35,627 bases of DNA from the NCBI GenBank assembly GCA_002256025.1, contig NKIB01000057.1, positions 1-35,627 on the forward strand, in the 5' to 3' direction. Position 1 is the stretch's first letter. Each line of letters opens with the position of its first letter. Source of the DNA: Asterionella formosa. Lineage: Eukaryota. Below the pieces are notes generated by a model. The model searched no databases and was not told the origin of the DNA. It worked only from the letters and a program-made list of their open reading frames with translations. A program made the position numbers and the translations under genes. Of the stretch, positions 11,566 through 23,168 are shown piece after piece.

Positions 11566-11857
11566 TTGAATCTCAGGGTGAGCGAAGCAACAAGACATCA
11601 TCGCTCAGGGGATACCATCCTCAATCGGAAATTGCTTTTTACCTAGTTGTACTACACATGTCCTCCTTTTTTGTTATCTTTGTGTTTGTAATTGTCACCT
11701 TTGTATTTGCCTCCAAACTTTCCCAGGGAAGCACACCAGTGTTTCCAGTTTCATATGCCGAAGTGTCCATTGTTAATTGAGTATCATAATGCTCACTCAC
11801 ACCTTCATTATTGCCATCCTCTTCCTTGAAAACTTCATATGAATTATGAATGAGGTT

Positions 11858-12826
11858 GCTGAAGGCAATACACGCCCGAGGTGGTCTCATGTCTGCGAGT
11901 ATACATGTGTTCGAGGCTGGGTGGCACGAGTAGGTTGACTGTACAAGTGGCGCCCCCGGCGCTGCGAGAAGGTCACCCTACAAGTGCCATCCCAGCCGAG
12001 TACACATGTGTACGAGAAGGCATGTAGCCAGCGAGAAGGGTATTGCTGAGGCAATTCACAAACTAGCTATGTGATCATAATCCTATGATGCATCATGGAA
12101 AAATGATGGTTTCTATTTGCAGATGATTGTCATGCCATTCGCTTACCTACTGCCCACTCATCGAGTGTAAATGTCAATTTTAGCTCGCTATAGCCCATCA
12201 TATAAAATATATTTCGTATATTTCCTATCTTCACATCGAAATTTGCAATGGGTCCGATATTGCCCATCATTAAAATATATTTTGTATATTTCCTATCTTC
12301 GCATTTTGGAATTACAATTTGTAGCAATTGTCCCTCGGTTGTCCAGCCCTGGGATTGCCGAAATCGGCAAGGGGTCTACTTAAGGAAACAATTTTATATA
12401 CTTAACTGATTTTAGTATCTTATATCTAGAATTTACCTCGTTTTTGTTCGTCTCCTGAAAAGTGGACTCCGGCAATTCACCTTTCATCAGCCATGCCGAT
12501 TGTCGTCCATGATCATGACCGGTTTGAAGCGAAATTAGTTCACTGATGATGCCAGTAGCGATTCATTGTCTAACGGATGCGACTGGTTGTTGTATTGCTT
12601 GTCTTCTTGAGGGATTCATGTAGTCGCATCGTCCATATTTCGTCGGACGAACGATGATATCGATACATCTGATGTTGGCGGCAAGTTTTTGTTCTGGACA
12701 TGCATCTGATGATGCTGGATACTCGACCGGTAGTCACCTAGTCTACATACGTACGTGGTACTAAAAACAACCATGCATGGTTTAACCTAAACTTTAATGC
12801 TTACTTTGAACACGTTATAATATTAT
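11858..12826 (-). repeat. ~0.95-kb dispersed repeat, copy 2 (inverted relative to 450..1360), with a ~64-bp insertion near 12068..12131
   Basis: Reverse-complement alignment to 450..1360. The extra segment tatgtgatcataatcc..gattgtca is absent from copy 1. Confidence 0.9.
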
Positions 12827-13954
12827 CTCTGTAGACTCGGTATTGTTTTTACGAGACCAGAATGTTAAATTCGATTGTTCACATATTGATTAGTTTTACA
12901 TACCGTATGCCCGATTTCGTCCTCACAATTATAATTCTCACTCTATCCTGCCTGCTGTTGCTCAATTTGGGCTTGCAACGCACAGGAACTTTCGACTTTC
13001 TCATGAGCCCATCGTCTGCTGTGTGTTACGCTTGTTAGACCGGATTGGTGAGTACAACAGTGAAACACTGAATGTGATTGTAGATACTAATTGTCGAAGT
13101 TCTGATTTGATTGCTTCCGTGGTCCATTTTGATCGCTTCCATCGTTGTTTGTCGTTCCACCCTGTCGTTTTGTTTCGATAGTATTTATCTATATAAGAAC
13201 CAGTGTTTTTCCCGATGACTACTCTTTGACGACGTATTGTTGTTGATTTGTATAGTCGTTTCCCATGATGTCAATATTGCCGCCAAACAATGCTTTTCTT
13301 GTTCTAACGCACTTTGCTTCATTTCTACTACGAGTTCGTATCACAAGCTACATAAATACTCAGCTAGAGAGAGTCAATAGTGCTGGAGCAGCATGGCGAT
13401 CACGCTTGCTCAGAATGGAATGATCAGGGTTGCTTGTTTGGTGCTGGGCGGAGGAATGACTGTGGCGGAAATATTGCTATGGTGTCAGGCTACTAAAGCG
13501 ATGCGCATGGTTCTTGCAGCAACCAGAGCATTTACGCTACATAACTATGCAGGTCTAAATTGGGTTCAGCTTTTTTCTTCTTCTTTTGGACTTTGATTGT
13601 GTGGTGATGGAAAGTCAACAATGTTGCCAGTGTAAGTACACTACAATGATTCACAATGCATACATCTCCATTGAAACTCCAATTTTTCACTTCATTTCTA
13701 ACCCAAAACAATTTTTTCTATTTCTCATTTGATGCAACTTATTACATCGCATTTCATACTTTGGTTGCTCCAAACATCGTGTTCAATTTTCATTGATGTT
13801 GCACGTTGTTACAATGATTCTCGTGTGTTTTATGCTTGTTGTACCATCCTATGCATATTACCGTTATTCTGGCTGTCATGCTAAAAATCGGCGATTTTAA
13901 TGCCGAAAAATTCGATGTGCCCCATATTGCCCTTAAATAAAAATTACTTAGAGC

Positions 13955-14602
13955 CTAAAAATTACTTAGAAGTACCCGAATGGCAAGACGATAGCTGGAG
14001 CGGGAATTGCTGGGAAATAACAAGGCAAAGCTGCCATCAGCATTCAAGAAAAGTGGTTTAGTAGGGCCACAAAGGATAGGTGTCAATGTAGACATGGCTG
14101 CTGTTGACAGGCGGTTGAAACAGGGACAAATAAGAAGTGGTATAAATAGTAGTTGACTTAACTTCAAGTTTAAAACTTTTTTTAATTCATTCTTCACTTG
14201 GTCAACATATATCCAAGGGAAAATGTGTTGCTTAGCTAATACTGTCCCAGGAATAGCATTGTAAGGCATTTTCCCACCATCGTTAGCCTTCTTAGCTTCT
14301 TGCTCCCTAATCATGTTGTTAAGACAAATCTGAATGCTGACCAGCTCTCCAGGAGACAACTTCTTTTGTGGCAAGGCAAGGCTTTTTCTTGTCGAGGTGC
14401 TTTCCAGGTCATGATTTGTATTGTGATGGGTGATGGGTGGCTGTTGTGTTTGCATTTAAAGTTTGTACTAATTATGAAGTACAGAATGCAACAATACAAG
14501 TACGTAAGTATTAACCAGCACTCGCTACCGGTATACTGGTATATTAAAATCTGAACAACTCGTTCGTGACAATAAATAGCGTACGATATCTTGCAAAAAT
14601 AA
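13955..14602 (-). mobile_element. 5' portion of a larger relative of the CCA...TGG MITE, with a truncated ORF (13955..14455) that may be a transposase N-terminus
   Basis: The reverse complement of 14485..14602 aligns to MITE 19701..19790 (attgtcacgaa.gagttgttcagattt..acgtacttgtattgttgcatt). It is followed by an ATG ORF containing GKMPYNAI..FPWIYVDQVKN. Confidence 0.55.
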
Positions 14603-14743
14603 TACCCGGAGGCATGTACTACCAGGATGTACAGGTATGCCGGTACTCTACGCTCTACTGTGTGGTACCTGGTACCTGGTACCATATTCCCTATACTCCG
14701 AACTCCGAACCAGCCTACCGGTACCGGGAACCTGGTACCGGTA

Positions 14744-14845
14744 CCACCTAAAAACTGTAACCCACTGCTATGGGGACTTTTCAACTGAAACCCACCACTA
14801 AATTGAGTACGGTACGGCAAAGCAACGCAGGGTTTGAACTTTATT
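14744..14845 (+). mobile_element. Isolated terminus of the CCA...TGG family, inverted relative to its own interior
   Basis: ta|ccacctaaaaactgtaacccactgctatggggacttttcaactgaaacccaccactaaa..gtttgaact vs MITE ta|ccacttaaaaactgtaagccaccgctatgacggcttttgaactgtaagccaccgctaaa..gtttgaact. Confidence 0.8.
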
Positions 14846-14994
14846 ACGGTACGGTAGTTGTTGTTCCGCACACGTATTTTTACTGTCATGCATTCCTGCA
14901 GGCTGTCATCACCGACCTTTTCCCAAAGAACTGAACGGTAGCCACCATAACCTCAAGTGCCTTGTATATCCAGAGGCAGCGGGACCTTGTGAGA

Positions 14995-16093
14995 ATGAAT
15001 GCTTTGCTTCTCGGTTTGATGTGCTACCAAGCAAATGCCTTTTCACCAATTATTAACCAGCGACGGACGCTCCAACTCCATAGTGCCGTTCGTTTGGCAA
15101 TGACATCGTCCTTCAATGCAAGAAGTTCGGAACAGGAGAATATTCGATCTTTTGATCCTTTCAATGTGGCTACCGTGGAATCCTGGGCGAAAGCTGCCAC
15201 CGAGGTGAAAGTAGCCCCACTCAGAGCTATGATGCTGATCCCCATGTCTCTGATCCCCGACAAAGTTTGGGCAGCAACCGAATCAGGATACGCAAGCGAG
15301 ACAATGAACCCGAGAAACTTTAACCCTGTTTGTCCAGCTTCTGATAATTTCTATCGATTTTTGCAAGGAAGCACCGAAGCTGTTGTCGGCCGTGATTCCT
15401 TTGTGGAATATGGTCCATTGATTGCTGGTGGGCTGCTTCGCATCCGTCTTGAGCTCTGCGTGGTTGAGTCGTTTTTCAACGAAGCCGTCGGTCCATTTAT
15501 TCAACAGAATGGACTCAGCTGGATCTTGCCTTTGCACGAAACAGTGGAGACTTTCTTAGCAGGAACAATCTTCAGTTTGGCATCAACATTCATTTTGGTT
15601 GGATCGACAAAAATTTTGGCCGTGATTGTGACTTACGCCGACGTCTTCCTTGGAGCTCCTGCCCGACTCCTGGGATCGTTTGCTTTTGATCGAGCCAGAG
15701 GAAAGCCCGTGACACTAGATATTGGTTTGGGTCCATTTAAAACTCGACTAATTGGTCCGCCAGAGGCATCGCCAACCAAGGACGGCAGTCCCTTTGATGG
15801 TACTCCACTGATTGATTTGGATAACACAAGTCCACTAAATCTCGTGGTCATTTTGCTCAGTGGTGGTGTCAAGCTTTTTGGTGAAACATCCCGGGTAAGT
15901 TTATAGTATACTGTGTAAATTTAACCTTTGTCATGTTTGATAGCTGATTGAATTCTCGTTTCTGCAGATTTTTCGCGAAGTTATCGAGGGAGCGGATCTC
16001 TTTGTAGGGAGATATCTTGTCCTACTGGTCACAGGCTACATTGGAATGAAATTTTTGCACTTTAAAGTTTTTCCAGACTTCCCACCATTGTAA
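14995..16093 (+). CDS. Plastid-targeted membrane protein of unknown function; 2 exons (14995..15894, 15968..16093), ~341 aa
   Basis: Signal peptide MNALLLGLMCYQANA followed by FSP (ASAFAP-like), an R/S-rich transit peptide and hydrophobic segments. Intron 15895..15967 (GTAAGT..TGCAG) splices in frame to IFREVIEGADLFVGRYLV..HFKVFPDFPPL*. Confidence 0.85.
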
Positions 16094-16581
16094 TGACAAG
16101 GCTGTCGCAAGTTGAACTTCAAATTCTGATCGCTCTCTGTGCTAGTTTCCCAGCATTTCCTCATCAGATATTCACATCAGGTTTCCCCAGGAAATCTTTG
16201 CATTTTGTTTGAGCTAACACTATTCGCATCCGAGCAAACACTATGCAACCAACATTTTGGGATTTCTCTTAGCTACATTAGTCGGGGTATTGCCAGGAGG
16301 CCGACTCTGTTGTCAGTAGGTTCCGGATTGATTACCAGTAGGTTCCACTTTTTCTACTCTGTAGATTAGCTTGCTCATGAGCATTCTTCGCCTCAGAAGA
16401 GTGCAGTGGCATGGTATAGTCACTCCACTCTGGACGAATATTCTAGTGTTATTCTTACCCATGGGCCACTGATCTTGCGCTGTGCTACAAGGAGAAACAT
16501 ATTATAAAGTCTATTTAGTCTATTTTATATTACAGCTGAGACTACATGGCAACTAGACTACAAGTATCACAACTGGTAAGA

Positions 16582-16907
16582 ACTACATCATATCCCAATA
16601 CAAGGTGACAATACCTTGCAACTCAAAGTTGCCCCTGTATTGGATTTTGGCAGTACTACATCACATCCCAAGACAAGGTCGTAAATACCAATACAGGGTG
16701 AAAATATTTTGCAATTCAAGGTTGCCACTGTATTGGATTTTGGCAGTACTACATCATGTCCCAATACAAGATCATAAGTTCCAATACAATGTGACCTTTT
16801 TTTGCAATTTAAGGATGCCCCTGTATTGGTTTTCACTGTATTATATTAGGACCCAATACAAGGTCATAATTGGGCAATTCAAGGTCGACCCTGTATTGGT
16901 CTATAGT
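16582..16907. repeat. Imperfect tandem array (~72-94 bp units) built from CCAATACA / TGTATTGG boxes in both orientations
   Basis: actacatca..cccaatacaagg..tgcaattcaaggttgcc.ctgtattggattttggcagt repeated about 4 times. Confidence 0.8.
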
Positions 16908-17921
16908 TCTGGTAAAGGGTACATATGAGATCATAGTAGTAATGCATATTGATTATATATAACTGTCTTTTTTGTTGTATGTGATCATGCAGTAATGCAT
17001 ACTTTCAAATCCCCCCCCCCCATTTTTTGGCAATGTGTCCAGCTCCTGCTGGCATATCGTGCTGCTCAAATTATTCTGCACTGAGAGTGTACAGCATGCA
17101 TACATATTATATATACTGGGACATCACTGAGCCAATGCTATTCATTGTTTGACATCACAAAAAAATACCTCCAATTTATTTCATATCCTTTTCAATGATG
17201 TATGTCAACCATTTTCTCACTGCTTTACTCATCTCCGGCTGAACAGCAGGGAATGTACAATCATAGACAAGGTGCCATGTTGCTTTTCGGAATTGAAATT
17301 CATTCATGCCATAGCATAGCTATAGGTCGCTCCACTTTCTTGGACTCAATAGAAAATTGTCCATGTGTTATATCTCACCTGTCATTGTGATTCTGTTCAC
17401 TTCAGGGGTGCTTCAGACACACCATCTCTCTTTCTACCTCAGTGCTCCTTTCAATGTAATTGAAGGATCGGTGAATTGTTGAGTGATTGGAAAGGAAACA
17501 GCCAGATCCGGTTCTAACATCCAAAATTATGTCAGATATCCAATTTTGTGAAGGCTTTATTGTGGTATTATTTGTGCGTGCTATTTCTCAGCCATGCTCT
17601 TGCTTCTGTCATTGAACTTCTTCACTGTAAACTTCGTTCTCAGCCAGCGCTCCAATTTGCTTTGACTGATTGATGGTAACAAAGGATTGACTAATTGCGA
17701 TGACGGCAAAGTTGGGGCTCGAAAATCACCAATAAATGATTCAAATTTTTCAGAACTTCGATATTGCTATAGGACTAAAATAGCAAAATTAATTTGAACA
17801 GTGGCTATAAAAGAATATAGTATTATAGATATTAGTAATAGTTCGTTATTAACCTTACAAGGATTGTCTTAATACTGAAATGGGTTTTGCAAATGAGTCA
17901 TTCATCTACTAAGCTGCTGCG

Positions 17922-18200
17922 TATTACGTGAAGTAACCATCACGTAAATAAGCCTAGTTGATTTTGAATGGATCACACAAATTAGTTGAATACATCAAAA
18001 GCTTGCTGAATATATCTAAATATTATCTGAATACATCACGTTATTTATTTGATCAGAGTATCATGCATGCATTCCTGATCATCACTATATTACGTGATCA
18101 CCTTCACGTAATTATTTGAAATACTTCAATTAATTCTGTAATTTAGTTCACATTGCCTTATAATTTTGTTCACGTAATTCTACAATATAGTTCACATAAT
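17922..18200. repeat. Dyad TTACGTGA-N6/8-TCACGTAA motif twice, plus further TTCACRTAAT half-sites
   Basis: 17922 tattacgtgaagtaaccatcacgtaaata; ~18087 tattacgtgatcaccttcacgtaatta; also gttcacgtaatt and gttcacataatg. Confidence 0.55.
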
Positions 18201-19618
18201 GTATTAAATTTGTTTACTTAATTTTAAAGAATTATCAAATAACGTTGATTACTACCGGTATTGCACATTACATGGGAAACAAATCTCGATATGCAATCAA
18301 ACAAAGCTGTTCTATCAGAATGGAATCTTCAGTCTTGAGAAGGCAGGCATTATGAGACATCTGTAAGGACATTGCAAGACGAAGAGAAGCTGTTCATTCA
18401 GAACAAGGGAAAAATTATTCACTTTTGAACAGGCATCATTGTACAAAGTTGCAACATGAATGCATCACACACTGGCTTCCTTCTTGTCCTTGAAATGACT
18501 TCGTCATTGACCTGAAAAGATTTACATAATAACAGTGTGTCAGTAGTACATATGATAGAACTAGCAACAGCAGAAAGCAACACACAGATGTGGTAGTATT
18601 CAACTGTTTCTTGGGGCAGTCGAATTAAAACAACAAACCGGCATCAGCCAGGCAGCACCACAACTTACTGATGCTTTCAAAAGAATGCTCCTGTTGTGAA
18701 ATGGACGGCTAAAATGTAAAAAAATGTAGAGAACAATAATAGAACCAAGTGATTTATTGCTCGCTTTGCTGATACAAAGACAAAAACTGAAGATTAAGCT
18801 TACCTTAAAGGCCTCCATTGCGGGTCTCCATATTGTATCATTTCACCTGCCTTCTATCACTCATGCTTTCCAAAGAACACTCCTTTTCTGAAAAGGCCTG
18901 TTCAAATTTCAAATGAATGTTGAAAACAACAGCATATCAGTATGAGTTATCCCTTACTTGGTTATATGATAGCAAAAATAGCAAGCAAATAAATCTTACC
19001 TTAAAAGCATCGATTGCTTACTATCTCAATGTTGCATCATTCCAACTTCTGTTGTTGCAACAAACAATATGTGAGTTCTTGGCTGATGAAGGATTTGTTA
19101 ATGGTGAGGCGGTGAAAAACTAGAAGGGGGATACTGGTTTTAAGGGTTGTCCCCATGTTGAATTCATACGAAATATAATTTATGTAAAAGAATAAGAGAA
19201 TTCATGTTGGATGCTGACAATATCGATGGTAAAGATGATTGTTGATACGCTTCATGCACCCAGTTGCCGACAACCACATCGCTTCGATATTCTCCATCAA
19301 TTCATGCCCGATAGCACTCCGAAGATTTGCAGTCGATAACACACACTAATTTGAATAGATAGTTTGTTTAGCAGTTCAAATTCATACTGGTATTTATTCA
19401 GACCTCGAGTTCCAGCAAAATGTTCGGATTATGGTTATCCTCATTCCCCCTGACAACTTAGTTTTGCATTTTGTATACACTGGAATATCCCTATAAGATA
19501 CACCTTGTTCGCTCCTGTAAGTATGGCCTTTATTTATCCTATAGGGAGGAGGTGTATCTTATATGGTGGCTCAACAAGCAAGTTTACCCGGTTTCGTACT
19601 TACTACAGTACCAGGGTA

Positions 19619-20364
19619 CCACTTAAAAACTGTAAGCCACCGCTATGACGGCTTTTGAACTGTAAGCCACCGCTAAACAGAGTAAACGCACAGTTTGAAC
19701 TTAGTTTGGAAGATACGTTAATTATTGTCACGAAGGAGTTGTTCAGATTTATATAGCGAGTAAATACGTACGTACTTGTATTGTTGCATTGTGTAAGTTG
19801 TTAACTACTACTCATTATGGCCCAAAGGTTGCTGTCGACGCGAAATTGCGAAAAATGGAAAATTTCGTGTTTACTCTATTGAGCTGGCATCGTCTTTCTA
19901 CACGTGCACACCATGTATATAGAGAAATTCTTGCCATAGAATTAATTACGTATTATTAAATGTGTGTACGACGTCATTGTGCTTTCGAATACATTATGCA
20001 TCAGAAGAATTCGGTGATGATGCAAGCGCAAAAAGCATACTGCATCGCGCAAAAAAGGTAAAGTAATACGAAAATAGTTTCTGTAGTATAAACGGAGTAA
20101 AAATAATCACGGTTATATACTCATGCATGGATAGAAGAATATGCACTGTAAGCCACCGCTGTGCAACAATCTTAATGACTTAAAAAAATTAGATCTTCAT
20201 GGCTTTATACACTGAATCGAAACTGATTACTTATTCGTAGAATAGAGTGCATCTTGTAACATACACTTCGTACTTGTATCAGGTTTCGATTGTTATATTA
20301 CTTGAATATTTTTTAGTCGGAAGATGGAGTAACAAAATAAGGATGGCTTACAGTTTTTAAGTGG
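19619..20364. mobile_element. 746-bp MITE with perfect 21-bp TIRs (CCACTTAAAAACTGTAAGCCA) and TA target duplication, Tc1/mariner-like
   Basis: ta|ccacttaaaaactgtaagcca ... tggcttacagtttttaagtgg|ta. Internal repeats of actgtaagccaccgct at ~19659 and ~20146. No ORF. Confidence 0.92.
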
Positions 20365-20639
20365 TACACAATATGTACAGTATAAATAAAACAAGGCAGG
20401 AAGGTAGAAACAAATCATTTGCAGTTTTTAAACTTTTGACTTTCCTTTGGAAGAAAAAAGATTCGATTGTAGGCTGATCATAAGTCTATAATGAGAACTT
20501 TTCTGAACAAAGTCAATTATTTCAAGCAATGGAAGCACCTGCTCAAATCAATACATCATTTTCTGTTACATACATCAGTGCTGTTTTAAGACTAAGAAAC
20601 GCATCTCGGCGTAAGGCTATAGGAACCTTATTGGACACA

Positions 20640-21115
20640 TCACTGGCTGATTACTTCCATAATACCGCCTTTATCCAAGACACTGTCATACTCCTCATCC
20701 CCTTCATTAATATATGCAGCAACCAAATTCGCAATTAAAGATTCAGCAGATGGGACTGCATATTCACAAATACAATCTTGCATATAATGAACGTCCACTT
20801 CCCCAAGCTTATCCATCAGCTCCTCCACTTCATTGTCAGTTTACTCTGGTACTGCTACACATTCTTCATTACCTGCTTTATGAAAAAACAACGAGGCTTC
20901 TTGCATTTCCCAATCATGAGCGGCTGTAGCTTTTCCCCAGCTGCACCGCAACATGTCAAAGAAACTGTAACTCGATCCTTTTCTAATTTTCCTCCTTTGC
21001 ATGATTTCGATACTTGATTGAGCGTTGAATTGGGGAGATCACGACAAAAATATCCAGTCTCATCCATATTGAAAAAGTCTGCTGGAGTATATCCATCGCA
21101 AAAACTAGCCAAGAA
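20640..21115 (-). pseudogene. pogo/Tigger transposase, DDE_1 N-part and C-terminal remnant (internally deleted)
   Basis: YTPADFFNMDETGYF..CKGGKLEKDRVTVSLTCCGAAGEKLQPLMIGKCKKPRCF. Confidence 0.9.
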
Positions 21116-23166
21116 CATCTACAACGCCGATTATTGGTACAGCCGCCACTAAAAACCGCTAGTCAAATATGAACAGCCAAATTAAAAATTTGGGTGGCCC
21201 ACTATGACAAATTGGGCAAAATACATAATTTAAGGAAATATAAAATGTGATGCATCATAGAATATATATGATAAAGTTCCTAAACTTTTTATAAACGCAC
21301 ATAAATTTTGGGGCAAACTAACAATATTTTTGTATGGCTGATCATATAATTTCTATGAAGAGCAAAGTAAAATGGGAATGCTATTGCGATATTAATGTTG
21401 TTGTCATATCATTCAAACTATATTTACGTTATTTGACTATAGCTACTATTGCAACCGATAAAGTTGTAAAAATCGTTGTAAAAATCGCTGAGCAGCATGC
21501 TGATCTGCTCTGCATGCGTTGGCAACCTTCAATCAATTTTCTAGAAACAATCATCATAACACAACCTGTCTTGAAGCAAAGCATTAGCTCCTGTTTCACT
21601 ACCATCTGGTGTCCGTGGTCATGGATGATTGTTGGATGAGAAGAATTGTTTCCTGCAAGTAGTACAGAGATAAATATGTTAGAGTTGCGAAATTGGCTGA
21701 TTACAATGGCAAAGCGCACAGACCAATCATCTTGGTTCTTACCTTAGCTAGCTATTTCATATTGGAGATGTCAAAAAGCATTTTAGTTTCGGATGAACAA
21801 GCTAGACAAACTTGTGTGAGTGTTTGCAATGAACAAAAGGCAAGGAATAAATGAAATAACAATCAACATCAAACCAAGATAAGCGCCAGCAAAACAACCT
21901 TAACAACGGCCTCAATTCTTCGTTGAATCTTGAAATTTCTTTCATGAGAAGTTGTAATTAAGAAAGGAGTAAGAGGTGTGAGAAGTAGAAGATCAGAAAG
22001 AGTCACAATCACATCAAACTGACCATGCAGAAGCAACCTTCATCATTGCGGTTTTCCTTGATTTTGGCATGATTTTACAATTATGTGGCGCAAGGATGAT
22101 GATGATGATACTAGACTACTGGTGCCAGGTACCAAGTACCAGGTACAAATTTTTAATTATTTAATTTAAATATGGGCGCGGTCATTGTGCTCATTTTCTC
22201 ATCAAATGTAGACTCCTCTAATAAAACGAACACGCAAACGAAACTGGCGCAGTCTGCAGTGTTGTACGAGTGTATCATGAGGTATGAGGTACCTGGTACT
22301 AGGTTATGGAGGTAGCCCTCGCAAGCGCTACAAGGTAAATTATTATTTAGCTGAGATGCTGCGATGCTTTTGACTATACAAAATCATACAGTGTAGTTGT
22401 TGTGATCATCTGGAGCATCCTGCATCATGTCGTCTCAACCTTGACCATGACGAAAATAGCGGAAATCTCTACGAAAATTGAGAACGACGCTCTCCTGTTA
22501 GGAGCATATATCAATCACAACAAAGGCAATACAACCGTAAGAGAATAGTTGCAATGGCATTGATATTGACAGCGAAAACTGCAATCGCCGATGGCACAAT
22601 TATTCTGCATAATCTATAGTTATGCTGCTCAAATCAAAACGACGCTGTTGCGAACAGACTTGACATTTTTGCAGTTGCTGAGCAATGAATAAGACAACGA
22701 CTATAACAATAACATGATTAGTTGAAGCAAAAATTGTTAAAATTGTTTTTCATCAAATGAGAATGATTGATTGTTCCACCGGCATTTGTGGATGCAGATA
22801 TTGGCGCTAACAACTGCTTGTGCTGTTTGTTCTTTGGCAGTCGATATCAAGAGAAAATGTGATAGAGGAAAAAATATTTGAATCAAAATAAGGTACTCTT
22901 TATTTAATTATGTGGTGAGACCAGCAAAATATTGCCATGATGTGACGAAATTTCGCCATTATACCATTATGAGGGCTAGTTGAAAAAAATTGTTGCGAAC
23001 TCACATAATTATTTGATAAGTAGAATAAGTTTTGTTATAGAACACATAAATTTTGGTTTGACCCAAATAAATTCCCCAAAAAATAGCATAATATTTTAGA
23101 AAAGTAGCATAAATACGTCACTCTAGACATAAATTCGAAAAAGTGCCGTAGATGGCGTCTTAGATG
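21116..23166 (+). mobile_element. 2051-bp non-autonomous insertion with 13-bp imperfect TIRs (CATCTAMRACGCC) and 2-bp TSD (AA)
   Basis: aa|catctacaacgcc ... ggcgtcttagatg|aa. Removing it and one AA restores the transposase frame GAA TGG AAA GCT TTC TTG GCT AGT (EWKAFLAS). Confidence 0.88.
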
Positions 23167-23168
23167 AA

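Noticed and set aside
10420..11606. tgagcgatg / catcgctca 9-bp inverted pair as TIRs
   Set aside because: The match is too short and there is no target duplication.
16582..16907. CRISPR-like array
   Set aside because: The sequences between repeats are mutually homologous, the units are degenerate, there are no cas genes, and the context is eukaryotic.
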